Source: an uncultured Methanomicrobiales archaeon
Lineage (GTDB): Archaea; Halobacteriota; Methanomicrobia; Methanomicrobiales; Methanospirillaceae
Assembly (NCBI GenBank): GCA_963697895.1
Contig: OY969100.1
Location: forward strand, 800,001-864,000
Length of the DNA: 64,000 nt
Direction: 5' to 3'
Shown: piece by piece, positions 30,953 through 41,381 of the stretch
Layout: each line of letters starts with the position of its first letter
Numbering within the stretch: the first letter of the stretch is position 1
Made by a program: the position numbers and the translations under genes
The notes under the pieces: model-generated
Told to the model about the DNA's origin: nothing
The model's database searches: none
The model's input: only the letters and a program-made list of their open reading frames with translations

Positions 30953-33774
30953 TCTTCATGCATCTGATCGTTACGGAAAAAAACATTTCTGCCCAGCGGA
31001 TAGCACACATACTCGCAGTTAAAGCACGGGTTGCCGAAAAAAAAGATGGAGGCATTCCCTCTTACAGCTATGATGACCAGGTCGTCGTCGGCCTCCGGGG
31101 TCATGTGGTCGAGGTGGACTTCGAACCCGGGTACTCCAACTGGAGAAGTGAGGTAAACACCCCGCGCAGCCTGATCGATGCCCGAACCATCAAGGTACCA
31201 ACAGAAAAGAAGATCGTTTCCCTCCTGCAGAAACTCGCAAAGAAAGCGGAAATGGTCACCATTGCCACCGATTTCGATACAGAAGGTGAATTGATCGGAA
31301 AGGAGGCGTATGAGCTTATCCGTCAGGCAAATCCCCGCGTAACAGTCGACCGGGCACGGTTCAGCGCGATAACCCCGGACGAGATTATCCATGCATTCAG
31401 CCATACCACCGAGATCGACTTCGCCCTCGCAGCGGCCGGGGAGGCACGGCAGGTAATCGATCTCGTCTGGGGTGCCTCCCTGACCCGGTTTATCAGCCTT
31501 GCCGCCCGCCGGGGAGGTGCCAATATCCTCTCTGTGGGTCGTGTGCAAAGTCCGACCCTGGCGATGATCGTGGACCGTGAGCGGGAGATCGAAGCATTTG
31601 TCCCCGAAACGTACTGGCAGCTCCGTCTTATTACCGAGAAGGAACAGGAACAGATCGAAGCCAGGCATATTACCGCAAGGTTTACCGAACGATCGATGGC
31701 AGAGAGTGCCCGGGACAACACCCGGGAGCCTCTGACAGTCTCAGAAGTGAAAGAAGGAAAGAAGATAGATCGCGCTCCCTCGCCATTCGATACCACCACT
31801 TTCATTGTTGCAGCCGCGAGGCTCGGGTTCTCCGCAGCAAATGCGATGAGGATTGCGGAGGACCTGTACATGAACGGGTACATCTCATACCCGAGAACCG
31901 ACAATACGGTATACCCGCCGACCCTTGATCTGAAAGCGATTCTCAGGGATATCCATCCGGGGGGATGCCGGCAGGACGTGGAATGGGTACAGGAGAACCA
32001 GAGGCCGGTCCCTACCCGTGGGAAGAAATCATCAACTGATCATCCACCGATTCACCCAACCGGCCCTGCCACGCGCGCCGGGCTTGGAGAAGATCGGTGG
32101 CGGATATACGAACTGGTGCTCCGCAGGTTTCTGGCGACCTTGAGCCCTGATGCACTCTGGATGACCCAGAAAGTTAATTTCATTGCGGGATCAGAGCCCT
32201 ATACGGTCACCGGTGGAAGGCTGATCGAGCCAGGCTGGCGGACTGTGTACCCCTTCAGCGAGGCGAAGGAGTACGTTCTCCCGCCCTTCATTGCCGGAGA
32301 ACACCTCCCGATCTGTTCGGTGCATCTCGATGAGAAAGAAACGCAACCACCACCACGGTTTACGCAGAGCCGGTTGATCCAGCGGATGGAGGAACTCGGT
32401 CTCGGAACGAAAAGTACCCGTCATGAAGTGATCCAGAAACTGATCGCGCGAAAATACGCGGAGGGAAATCCGCTCCGTCCCACCCTCGTGGGACGAGCGG
32501 TCATTGAATCCCTGGAAAATCATGCGGACACTATCACCCGACCGGCGATGACCCAGACTCTCGAGTCCCACATGCAGCAGATCAAAGAACGGAAACGGAC
32601 GAGCGAGGATGTGGTCACCGAGTCCCGGCAGATGCTGAACCAGGTATTCGATCAGATGGAACCCCATTCTGAAGAGATTGGAAGCGAGATCCGGGAGCAG
32701 ACCGCAGAGGAGCTGACCCTCGGCCCGTGCCCTGCCTGTGGCACAGATATCCGGATACGGCATATGCGAAGTCAGGCTCAGTTCATCGGCTGTAACCGGT
32801 ATCCGGATTGTTCTTTCAATATCAGCCTCCCCATGATGCTCTGGGGGTTTGCGGTGCGGACCGATGAAATCTGTCCCATCCACCGGCTCCATCATGTGCG
32901 GCTGATAAAGAAAGGGGCGCGCCCGTGGGAGATAGGTTGTCCGCTCTGTCACCATATCAGCACGAACCGGGAGACGATGGTCCTGATTCCTTCCATGAAT
33001 CCCGCGATCCTGGACAGCCTGCACGTTCATCACATCTATTCAGTCTATGATCTTGCCAAAAGCAGCCCCGGGAACATCTCGAAGATAACTGGTCTTCCCG
33101 ATGAAAGTGCCGGTTTGCTGGTCCGGGAGGCCGAAGATGTGCTTACGCTTCTCCGAAAACGTTCAGACTGCCGCAAATTCGTCCGACGTCATCTTCCACC
33201 ACGGAGGGGGCGGAGCCATGCAGCGATTGTGAAAAAGTTATTGGATGCCGGGATCGACGACATCCCAACCCTTGGATCTGCGGAAATTAAAAAACTTATA
33301 TCTGCGGGCATTGGCGAAAAAGAAGCTTTATTGCTGCAGGGTGAAGCGAACAGGCTTTCGAGCGAGCGCCGTCTGCGTGAGATTGGGATCCCGCCGGTGA
33401 GTCTGAAGCGATATCAGGCGGCCGGGATTATCACGCCGGAAGAATTGATAAGCTTTCATCCCGCATATACCAGCCAGAAGACCGGGATAAGCCTTGAAAC
33501 TGTCTGTAGGCACGTAGAGCTCGTGGCACAGAAACTCGGGAAGCCGTTCCCTGGGCGATGCTCAAAGGCGCAACTCGAAAAGGGCAGGAAAGAGCTCCTT
33601 TCCATCCATGGACTGGGAGATTCAGCCCTGGAGAAACTGTACCGTGCCGGGATCATCAGCGGAGATGCACTGATCGCTGCAGACCCTGAAGCGGTGTCGG
33701 CAAAAACGGGAATACCAGCCGATAAGATCCGGGAATACCAGGCGCTTTATCGTTCAATCAGAAATAAAACGTGA
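30949..33774 (+). CDS. topA: Type IA DNA topoisomerase with Zn-ribbons and a C-terminal HhH-repeat extension
   Basis: IVTEK, ATDFDTEGE, SVGRVQSP, catalytic YISYPRTD, HPPIHPT, GLGTKSTR. Confidence 0.94.
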   Translation: MIFMHLIVTEKNISAQRIAHILAVKARVAEKKDGGIPSYSYDDQVVVGLRGHVVEVDFEPGYSNWRSEVNTPRSLIDARTIKVPTEKKIVSLLQKLAKKAEMVTIATDFDTEGELIGKEAYELIRQANPRVTVDRARFSAITPDEIIHAFSHTTEIDFALAAAGEARQVIDLVWGASLTRFISLAARRGGANILSVGRVQSPTLAMIVDREREIEAFVPETYWQLRLITEKEQEQIEARHITARFTERSMAESARDNTREPLTVSEVKEGKKIDRAPSPFDTTTFIVAAARLGFSAANAMRIAEDLYMNGYISYPRTDNTVYPPTLDLKAILRDIHPGGCRQDVEWVQENQRPVPTRGKKSSTDHPPIHPTGPATRAGLGEDRWRIYELVLRRFLATLSPDALWMTQKVNFIAGSEPYTVTGGRLIEPGWRTVYPFSEAKEYVLPPFIAGEHLPICSVHLDEKETQPPPRFTQSRLIQRMEELGLGTKSTRHEVIQKLIARKYAEGNPLRPTLVGRAVIESLENHADTITRPAMTQTLESHMQQIKERKRTSEDVVTESRQMLNQVFDQMEPHSEEIGSEIREQTAEELTLGPCPACGTDIRIRHMRSQAQFIGCNRYPDCSFNISLPMMLWGFAVRTDEICPIHRLHHVRLIKKGARPWEIGCPLCHHISTNRETMVLIPSMNPAILDSLHVHHIYSVYDLAKSSPGNISKITGLPDESAGLLVREAEDVLTLLRKRSDCRKFVRRHLPPRRGRSHAAIVKKLLDAGIDDIPTLGSAEIKKLISAGIGEKEALLLQGEANRLSSERRLREIGIPPVSLKRYQAAGIITPEELISFHPAYTSQKTGISLETVCRHVELVAQKLGKPFPGRCSKAQLEKGRKELLSIHGLGDSALEKLYRAGIISGDALIAADPEAVSAKTGIPADKIREYQALYRSIRNKT

Positions 33775-33807
33775 CATCAGGACCAATACACGGCAGGATT
33801 AACCATC

Positions 33808-34494
33808 ATGCACATGAAATGGAAGAACTGGGTCCATGTAACAAAACTCGATCCGGACAAACATCTGACACCCCAGGCAATTGGTGATATCGCAACGAGC
33901 GGAACAGACGCACTTATGCTCTCCGGGACCCTCAATGTAACCCGCGAGAATATAGGGGACCTCCTTGACCAGGTTGCGTCTTACGATCTCCCGGTGATCG
34001 TTGAGCCCTCCGGTCCGGAAGCGGTGATCTTCGAAGGGATTGATCTTCTGTATGTTCCGAGTGTTCTGAATACTTCAGATGTGCAGTGGATCGTCGGAAA
34101 GCACCGCGACTGGGTGCTGCATCAGGAGGTCGAATGGGAAAAGGTCGTCCCGGAGGCGTATATTGTTCTGAATCCCGACTCCTCCGTGGGGAAAGTCACC
34201 CGGGCAGTCTGCACTCTCTCCGGGGCTGATGTTGCTGCTTACACCCGGGTGGCGGATCATTACTTCCATTTTCCGATTGTCTATATCGAATACAGCGGGA
34301 TGTATGGCGACCCGGCGATTGTAAAGTCCGCATCTGAGGCGATCGACGATGCGATCCTCTACTATGGAGGGGGCATCAACTCTGCTGCGCGTGCGGCTGA
34401 GATGGCCCGGTATGCGGATACGATCGTTGTAGGGAACGCAATCTACGACAAGGGAGTCGCCGCTCTTAAGGAGACTGTACGGGCAGTGCAGTAG
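33808..34494 (+). CDS. Geranylgeranylglyceryl-phosphate synthase family (PcrB-type)
   Basis: HVTKLDPDK, EAYIVLNPDS, YIEYSG, YYGGGI, VVGN. Confidence 0.88.
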   Translation: MHMKWKNWVHVTKLDPDKHLTPQAIGDIATSGTDALMLSGTLNVTRENIGDLLDQVASYDLPVIVEPSGPEAVIFEGIDLLYVPSVLNTSDVQWIVGKHRDWVLHQEVEWEKVVPEAYIVLNPDSSVGKVTRAVCTLSGADVAAYTRVADHYFHFPIVYIEYSGMYGDPAIVKSASEAIDDAILYYGGGINSAARAAEMARYADTIVVGNAIYDKGVAALKETVRAVQ

Positions 34495-34514
34495 CACCCG
34501 TACGAAAACGTATC

Positions 34515-35213
34515 ATGCCCCGGGTGGAAATTGTCCTTATCAACCCACTCTACGAAGGGAATGTGGGGTTCTCCGCCCGCGTGATGAAGAACTTCGGGTT
34601 TGAACATCTGGTCCTGGTCGATCCCTGTCCCCTGGGAGAGGAAGCGAAAGCCCGCGCTTCACATGCCCAGGATGTGCTCCGGAATGCATTTCATTCCTCG
34701 CTGGATGACGTTTTCAGGCGAAGTTCTCTCACCATCGCCACCACCGGGGAGGTCAGCAAATCTGTCTGTCATGCAATGCGTATGCCTTTTTATTCTCCGA
34801 GAGAAGTGAGAGAATTGATCTGCGATATCAACGGAACCGTCTCGATTCTTTTTGGGAGGGAGAACTGGGGGTTGAATAACGAAGAGATCAGGAGGAGCGA
34901 TCTGATATGCACGATTCCATCGAACCCCGGATATCCGATCCTCAACCTCTCTCATGCCGTTGGCATCCTCTGCTATGAACTCGCGCACCTTCCGCGGGGG
35001 AGCTATCTTCTCGCTTCCCCAGAGGAGATGGATCATCTCTACCGGCATATCGACCGGTTCCTTACCCGGATCGACCACCCACCCTTCAAGCGGGAGAATA
35101 CAATGCTTCTTATCCACCGGATCCTTGGCAGGGCACATCTGACGGTTCGGGAGGCGAGTACCCTCCACGGTCTCATGCGACGCACCGAATGGCAGATGGA
35201 TAATAAAAAGTAA
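34515..35213 (+). CDS. trmJ: TrmJ-family SPOUT tRNA methyltransferase
   Basis: [43 protein letters not shown]. Confidence 0.85.
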   Translation: MPRVEIVLINPLYEGNVGFSARVMKNFGFEHLVLVDPCPLGEEAKARASHAQDVLRNAFHSSLDDVFRRSSLTIATTGEVSKSVCHAMRMPFYSPREVRELICDINGTVSILFGRENWGLNNEEIRRSDLICTIPSNPGYPILNLSHAVGILCYELAHLPRGSYLLASPEEMDHLYRHIDRFLTRIDHPPFKRENTMLLIHRILGRAHLTVREASTLHGLMRRTEWQMDNKK

Positions 35214-35241
35214 ACCATCAGACCGCCATATTATCTCGTAC

Positions 35242-35799
35242 ATGATCCTTGTCGACTGGCAGATCCTCGATCGCATCGGAAGAGGGTTTATCAAAATTGA
35301 ACCGTTTGACCCCGAACTCGTCCAGCCTAATTCACTCGATATCAGGCTTGGCAACCACTTCGTCTGGTATCAGGTAGGAGACGAGGTGATCGACCCCTAT
35401 CATAAGGACACGGTGAGCTCAGGGACCTCCGATCTCCATGCGGATTCGGTAGTGCTCGAACCTGGACAGTTTGTCCTTGCCGAGACTCTAGAAAGAATAG
35501 AGCTGCCGGACAATGTGGTCGCAAGCATTGAGGGGAAGAGCAGTATCGCCCGTCTGGGAATAGAGCTTCACCAGACCGGGGGGTGGATAGATGCGGGCTT
35601 TCGGGGAAGCATCACATTAGAGATGTGTAATGTAAACCAGCGCCCGGTCCGCATGTATGCGGGGATGCCTATCGGGCAGCTGGTCTTCTATACCACCGAA
35701 CGGGCAATGCGCCCTTATAATATGAAAAAAGATGCCAAATACATGGATCAACGCCAGGCAACCCTTTCCCGGTACCATGAAAACCGGAGAAGGAGCTGA
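35242..35799 (+). CDS. dcd: dCTP deaminase
   Basis: [38 protein letters not shown]. Confidence 0.92.
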   Translation: MILVDWQILDRIGRGFIKIEPFDPELVQPNSLDIRLGNHFVWYQVGDEVIDPYHKDTVSSGTSDLHADSVVLEPGQFVLAETLERIELPDNVVASIEGKSSIARLGIELHQTGGWIDAGFRGSITLEMCNVNQRPVRMYAGMPIGQLVFYTTERAMRPYNMKKDAKYMDQRQATLSRYHENRRRS

Positions 35800-35862
35800 A
35801 TGCTATATACCCCATGAAAACACAATTAATGAGGAATGATTCCATCAATCTGGAGATGAACA

Positions 35863-37689
35863 ATGCGGCTTCTTCTGATACATTCGGATTTTATTGAATA
35901 TGAGGCGAGGAAAAAGACTGCGATGGCCGAAGAAGGCGGAGTTCTGAAGGATTCAGAAAACGAGGCCCTCACTGTTTTTTGTGCTGTGGAATCGGTCGAT
36001 GAGGAAGATATAGGGAGCGTTGTTGAACAGGCGGTTGAAGAGGTGGCGGGAACCGCGACCCAGCTGGCGGTCGAGAATATCGTTATTTATCCCTATGCCC
36101 ATCTGAGCAGCGACCTTGCAAGACCGGATGTGGCCGTTGCCGCTCTCCGGGCACTCGAAGCCGGTCTGCTCGCTTCCGGATACCGGGTAAAGCGGGCCCC
36201 GTTCGGATGGTACAAGGCGTTCAGAATATCGTGCAAAGGTCACCCGCTCTCTGAACTATCAAAGACGATTGTTCCATCCGGGGATATCGCAAAAGAGGGA
36301 AGAACCATCGAACACGAGTTTTTTGTGATGACACCGGATGGCCGGCGTAATGAAGTGGAGGATTACCTGGATGACTCCCCATTCGGGTGCCTCGTTCGAA
36401 AAGAACTGGGCGAGGCAGTTCCCACCGGGGGAGAACCGCTACACGTTGAGCTCATGAGGGCGAAAGAACTGGTCGATTACGAACCGGTGAGCGATGTCGG
36501 TCATCTACGCTGGATGCCCCGCGGGAAACTCATCCGGGATCTGCTCGCCGATTACGTGTTGCAGCTCGTGCTCCCATACGGTGCAACACCAGTGGAGACG
36601 CCGGTTATGTACGACCTTGCCGACCGTGCGATCGCCGAGCATGCCGACAAATTCGGAGAACGTCAGTATCGGTTCAAAAGCGGGAACAGGAATATGATGC
36701 TCCGGTTTGCCGCATGTTTTGGGATGTTCTCGATCATGCGGAACATGCATATTTCACCCAATTATCTCCCGATGAAGATGTATGAACTCTCTACATACTC
36801 CTTCCGGCATGAGCAGAAAGGCGAGGTGATCGGGTTGAAGCGGCTCCGTGCGTTCACGATGCCGGATATGCATACCCTGTGTACCGATATGCCTGAAGCA
36901 CTCCGGTGCTTCGAGGAGCAACTGGCGATGGGCTGGAAGACCGGATCTGATTTCGGAACCAATCTGGTCGGGGTGTTCCGGTGCACGCGGGACTTTTTTG
37001 AGGAGTACCATGAGTGGGTGAAAGAGATGGTTGCCGAATCCGGGGTGCCGATGCTCATCGAGATCCTTTCAGACCGCGTGCACTACTGGATTGCCAAAGT
37101 AGACCTGGCAGCGATTGACGGGCAGGGCAGACCTATAGAGAACCCGACTGTCCAGATCGATGTCGAGAGCTCTGCCCGGTTTGACATAAAATATCACCAG
37201 GACGGGGAGGTTATCCACCCGCCTATCCTCCACTGCTCCCCTACCGGGAGTATAGAGCGGGTGATATGCGCGATTCTCGAGAGCACGGCGACCCAGGCGG
37301 TCCCGCGCCTGCCAACCTGGCTCTCCCCGACACAGGTCCGCGTGGTTCCGGTGGCCGAACGGCACATGGATGCAGCGGCAGAACTCTGCAAGCGGTTTAA
37401 TGCCGCCTGTATCAGGACGGATCTGGATGACCGCGATGAAAGCGTCGGGAAGAAAGTCAGGGAGGCCGGCATGGACTGGATCCCGTATGTCGTGGTGTTC
37501 GGGGACGCAGAACTCCAGTCGGGCCGGCTCACAGTAACGATACGGGAAAAATCAGCGCCGAATAAACCCTTTAAAGAGACGCTCACGACAGAAGAGTTGA
37601 TGAAGAGACTATCCAGAGATATTGCAGGAAAACCGTTCCGACCCCTTTATACCCCCCGGAAACTTTCAATAAAAGCGCGGTACATCTGA
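35863..37689 (+). CDS. thrS: Threonyl-tRNA synthetase (archaeal type)
   Basis: MRLLLIHSD editing domain, [40 protein letters not shown]. Confidence 0.96.
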   Translation: MRLLLIHSDFIEYEARKKTAMAEEGGVLKDSENEALTVFCAVESVDEEDIGSVVEQAVEEVAGTATQLAVENIVIYPYAHLSSDLARPDVAVAALRALEAGLLASGYRVKRAPFGWYKAFRISCKGHPLSELSKTIVPSGDIAKEGRTIEHEFFVMTPDGRRNEVEDYLDDSPFGCLVRKELGEAVPTGGEPLHVELMRAKELVDYEPVSDVGHLRWMPRGKLIRDLLADYVLQLVLPYGATPVETPVMYDLADRAIAEHADKFGERQYRFKSGNRNMMLRFAACFGMFSIMRNMHISPNYLPMKMYELSTYSFRHEQKGEVIGLKRLRAFTMPDMHTLCTDMPEALRCFEEQLAMGWKTGSDFGTNLVGVFRCTRDFFEEYHEWVKEMVAESGVPMLIEILSDRVHYWIAKVDLAAIDGQGRPIENPTVQIDVESSARFDIKYHQDGEVIHPPILHCSPTGSIERVICAILESTATQAVPRLPTWLSPTQVRVVPVAERHMDAAAELCKRFNAACIRTDLDDRDESVGKKVREAGMDWIPYVVVFGDAELQSGRLTVTIREKSAPNKPFKETLTTEELMKRLSRDIAGKPFRPLYTPRKLSIKARYI

Positions 37690-37802
37690 ACTTCCGCTCT
37701 TATTTTTACCTACCCTGTATTCCCGCAGGGAAAAACCCTGGTGAATTATATCCATGCAATCAACCGGTATCCTTTTCTATCCTGACCCGATACCTCCCTT
37801 TT

Positions 37803-38609
37803 ATGAACCAGGATGATCGCTGGGCCCTTCCGGACCTCGCCTCCGCGCTGAACCGGGCCGGTGAGAGGAAACGTCAGCGCATCCGCTGTTCCCTGTCGTT
37901 CCTTGAGGAATACGTAAAAGGGCCGGACGAAGCATTCCGTTCGGCGACCGGGAACATCGCCTGTCTCCGGGGGATAGCGTCCCGTCAGCTCGATTCCGCA
38001 CTCTCGGTGAAGCTCACCGCTATTGGTGCGATATTTGACCGGGACCTGTGCATGGAACATCTTCGCATGATTGCAAAAGAAGCGGCAAAGCTTCATGTCC
38101 CACTTGAACTCGATATGGAAGGGCGGGGTCTCGTCGAGTTTACGATAGAAGCGGCCCGTGCGTGTCGGGAAATACACGACCAGGTCACCATCGCACTCCA
38201 GGCATACCTGGACCGGACCCGTTTGGATCTGAGAGCACTGGATACGCGGAGGATAGGTGTCCGGTTGGTAAAAGGAGCATATGTCGGGGATGTCACGGAT
38301 TTCTTTGAGATCCAGGCCCGTTTCAAAACGTTGGCAGAGGAGGCCCTCGATATCGGATCTCCATTCTCTGCCGGGACACATGATCCCGATCTTGTTGCCT
38401 GGCTGAAGGAACGGATGGCAGAACACAAGAACCTGATCGAGTTCGGGTTTCTGATGGGGCTTGCTAATCGGACAAAGACAGCCCTGGTGGCAGAGGGCTG
38501 GTCCGTCTCCGAATATGTCCCGTACGGACTGAATAATGCGGCTTATACAACGAGGCGGGAGCGGTACCTTGGGGAACTTGCTGAACTCGGCAGAGGGCCG
38601 CTTGTCTGA
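37803..38609 (+). CDS. Proline dehydrogenase family flavoprotein (monofunctional)
   Basis: SVKLTAIG, LDME, LQAYL, RLVKGAY, GTHD, YVPYG...Y..RR. Confidence 0.85.
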   Translation: MNQDDRWALPDLASALNRAGERKRQRIRCSLSFLEEYVKGPDEAFRSATGNIACLRGIASRQLDSALSVKLTAIGAIFDRDLCMEHLRMIAKEAAKLHVPLELDMEGRGLVEFTIEAARACREIHDQVTIALQAYLDRTRLDLRALDTRRIGVRLVKGAYVGDVTDFFEIQARFKTLAEEALDIGSPFSAGTHDPDLVAWLKERMAEHKNLIEFGFLMGLANRTKTALVAEGWSVSEYVPYGLNNAAYTTRRERYLGELAELGRGPLV

Positions 38610-38693
38610 ACATTCATTCGGTCTGCGAATCGCTCATCAGGTGCCCATGACCACATAAATAATCCCTCAGGGGAAGAAAATAGCTGATCACGA

Positions 38694-39503
38694 ATGACCC
38701 GGATATACCCCTTTTTACTCTCCATTCCTCATGCAGGCACTGAGATACCCGAAGAACTGGAGGATTCTGTCCTTCTGGACGATATTGCCCTGCGCTATTA
38801 CAGCGATCCAGGCAGTCTATCCATATTTGATTTTAAAGATCGGGTTGCCGCATATCACGATGTACCAATCTCCCGTATTTTTGTAGACCTGAATCGACCG
38901 CCCTATCATTTACCTCCTCGTTATCCGGACGGTGTCGTGAAGATGCGGACCATCGACGGGAGGCGGGTATACCGGGAAGGGGTGTTCCCTGAAATGCCAC
39001 TTATCCAGCGGTTAATGATGCGCTATTACTTCCCATTTCATGAAGAACTGGATCGGTCGATCGACACCAGGGATGTTCAATTTGCAATCGATTGCCACTC
39101 CATGCTTCCGAAAGGGTTACCCGGCCAGAATGATGCCGGAAAGATCCGGCCGGATATCTGTCTGGGCAATCATGGCGGAAGAGAAGGATACCCAGAACCG
39201 GGAAGACTGACCACCTGCCCTGCAGGATGGATACAGGCGCTGGCAGCGTCATTCCGTGAGATCTTTCCCGACGATATTGCGGTGAGTATTAACGATCCGT
39301 ACGCAGGAGGTTTTATTTCCCTGTCGCATTACTGGCATCGGGGGGTTCCCTGGATTCAACTGGAGATCAACCGATCCTTATTTGAAAAGTCTGATTCAGG
39401 GCCGGATCGGGGAACGATTGTAAACAAAGAGCGCATCCGGGAACTGCACGAAGATGTGTGGATTGCATTAACCGGGTGGTGGGGGACCTTCTCGGATTCA
39501 TGA
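38694..39503 (+). CDS. N-formylglutamate amidohydrolase family protein
   Basis: SIPHAG, SRIFVDLNR, YYFPFH, IDCHSM, RPDICLG, NDPYAGG, IQLEINR. Confidence 0.88.
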   Translation: MTRIYPFLLSIPHAGTEIPEELEDSVLLDDIALRYYSDPGSLSIFDFKDRVAAYHDVPISRIFVDLNRPPYHLPPRYPDGVVKMRTIDGRRVYREGVFPEMPLIQRLMMRYYFPFHEELDRSIDTRDVQFAIDCHSMLPKGLPGQNDAGKIRPDICLGNHGGREGYPEPGRLTTCPAGWIQALAASFREIFPDDIAVSINDPYAGGFISLSHYWHRGVPWIQLEINRSLFEKSDSGPDRGTIVNKERIRELHEDVWIALTGWWGTFSDS

Positions 39504-39559
39504 GGGGTAACCCGGTTACGGCAAACCGGGACCATCCGCTCAACGACCACCTGTTTTTC

Positions 39560-40777
39560 TTAAAGTATTCGCGCGACACCTGAAGACACTGCTGCCTTTT
39601 CGACCGCCCCCGCAATTGCCCGGGTAACGGATCGGTCCATGATATTGGGGAGGACCCGATCCCGGGTCGGTTTTTTAATATACTCAGCAAGGGCATGGGC
39701 GGCCGCCACCTTCATCTCATCGGTGATCCGGATGGCATGTGCATCCAGCGCACCCCGGAAGACCCCGGGATATGCAAAGGCGTTATTTACCTGGTTCGGG
39801 AAGTCGCTCCTCCCGGTACCGACCACCGTCGCCCCGGCATGCCGTGCCCGGTCCGGCATGATCTCCGGGACCGGATTGGCCATTGCAAAAACAATAGGGT
39901 CTGTATTCATAGACCTGACCATCTCCTCCGATATGATACCGGGTGCGGATACGCCGATCACCACATCCGCTCCTTCCATGGCATCTGAAAGGGTTCCGGT
40001 CCTCCGTTCGTGGTTGGTCTCGTCGGCAATGATAAATTTATACTTATTCTCGTACAGTCCGTCCCGCCCCCGATATATGATCCCCTGTGTATCACAGACG
40101 ATGATATCACGGACGCTCTGGCAGACGTCCGGGCTGTACCCGATGCACTTCAGCAGCCGGGCGATCGCATAGCCGGCCGCACCTGAACCCACGATGACAA
40201 TGTTCAACTCTTCGAACGATCTTCCGGTCACCCGGCAGGCATTGAGAAGCGCCGCCAGAACGACGATGGCTGTGCCGTGCTGATCATCGTGCATCACCGG
40301 AATCCCGATATCCTGCAGTGCTTCCTCGACCGCAAAACACTTTGGTGCCGCAATATCCTCGAGATTGATCCCCCCGAAAACGGGAGCGATGTTCCTCACT
40401 TCGTCCACGAAATCCGTATGATAATTCTCAAAACAGATCGGGAACGCATCGATCCCGGCGAACTTCTTGAAGAGCGCGGCCTTCCCCTCCATCACCGGTA
40501 TTGCTGCATAACCGCCGATGTTACCGAGTCCGAGCACCGCTGATCCATCGGTAACGATAGCGATTGTGTTTGCCTTGAGGGTGTATTTATACGCAAGTGT
40601 CTTGTCGCGTTGGATCGCCCTGCAGACCTCGGCGACACCGGGTGTATATGCCCTCGCAAGATCCCGTTTCGTTCTCAAAGGTACTTTGGAGCGTATTTCC
40701 AGTTTTCCGTGATACCGCTCGTGCAATGTGAGTGCTTCCGCATATATCTTCTCCTTATCCTCATCCTTTCCGGTCAT
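39560..40777 (-). CDS. NAD(P)-dependent malic enzyme
   Basis: AYTPGVA, TDGSAVLGLG, PVMEGK, INLEDI, HDDQHGTA, GSGAAG, ANPVPEI, GRSDFPNQVNN. Confidence 0.93.
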   Translation of the reverse strand: MTGKDEDKEKIYAEALTLHERYHGKLEIRSKVPLRTKRDLARAYTPGVAEVCRAIQRDKTLAYKYTLKANTIAIVTDGSAVLGLGNIGGYAAIPVMEGKAALFKKFAGIDAFPICFENYHTDFVDEVRNIAPVFGGINLEDIAAPKCFAVEEALQDIGIPVMHDDQHGTAIVVLAALLNACRVTGRSFEELNIVIVGSGAAGYAIARLLKCIGYSPDVCQSVRDIIVCDTQGIIYRGRDGLYENKYKFIIADETNHERRTGTLSDAMEGADVVIGVSAPGIISEEMVRSMNTDPIVFAMANPVPEIMPDRARHAGATVVGTGRSDFPNQVNNAFAYPGVFRGALDAHAIRITDEMKVAAAHALAEYIKKPTRDRVLPNIMDRSVTRAIAGAVEKAAVSSGVARIL

Positions 40778-40869
40778 GCGTATATTCACTTACCCGTATT
40801 TCCGTGGATAACCGGAGGCAAAGAATTTATGGTCGGCCCTCTCTGTCAGGAATGGTGGGTGATTGAATT

Positions 40870-41334
40870 TTACCTCCTCCGGTATGTCCCCATCAGAAGG
40901 CCGGTCGCAAGTACATGCCCCTTCATTGCCCGCTCGAGGCTTTCCCTGTCTCCAGGAGCTGGAATAAGTTTTAACGAGAGTGCATACAGCCGGAAGTAAT
41001 AACGGTGCGGTTTACCGCGGGGCGGGCAGGGGCCTCCGTACCCTGGTCGCCGGAAGTCGTTCATCCCCTGCACGCCCCCGTCATCCAGCGTCCCCTGCGC
41101 CGGAACCCCATCGGGAAGGGTTGTCCGGTCCGGTGCCATGTTGCAGATGACCCAGTGGGTGAATGTCCCGGTCGGGTCGTCCGGGTCATCCATGATCAAT
41201 GCAAGGCTCTTCGTCCCCGACGGAACTCCCCTCCAGGATAATGCGGGAGAACGGTTTGCACCATCACAGGTGTGCGAGACCGGTATCTCTTCTCCCGGGC
41301 GGAACGCATCAGTTGTAATCATAAGATCTGTCAA
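40870..41334 (-). CDS. YbhB/YbcL (PEBP/Raf-kinase-inhibitor-like) protein
   Basis: TCDGANRSP, ALIMDDPD, FTHWV, GYGGPCPP, HRYYFRLYAL; probable TTG start after GGTGAG. Confidence 0.88.
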   Translation of the reverse strand: MTDLMITTDAFRPGEEIPVSHTCDGANRSPALSWRGVPSGTKSLALIMDDPDDPTGTFTHWVICNMAPDRTTLPDGVPAQGTLDDGGVQGMNDFRRPGYGGPCPPRGKPHRYYFRLYALSLKLIPAPGDRESLERAMKGHVLATGLLMGTYRRR

Positions 41335-41381
41335 TTGCTCACCACCCCATCCGGTACCCTGTTCATGGACTGGATTCCTGT

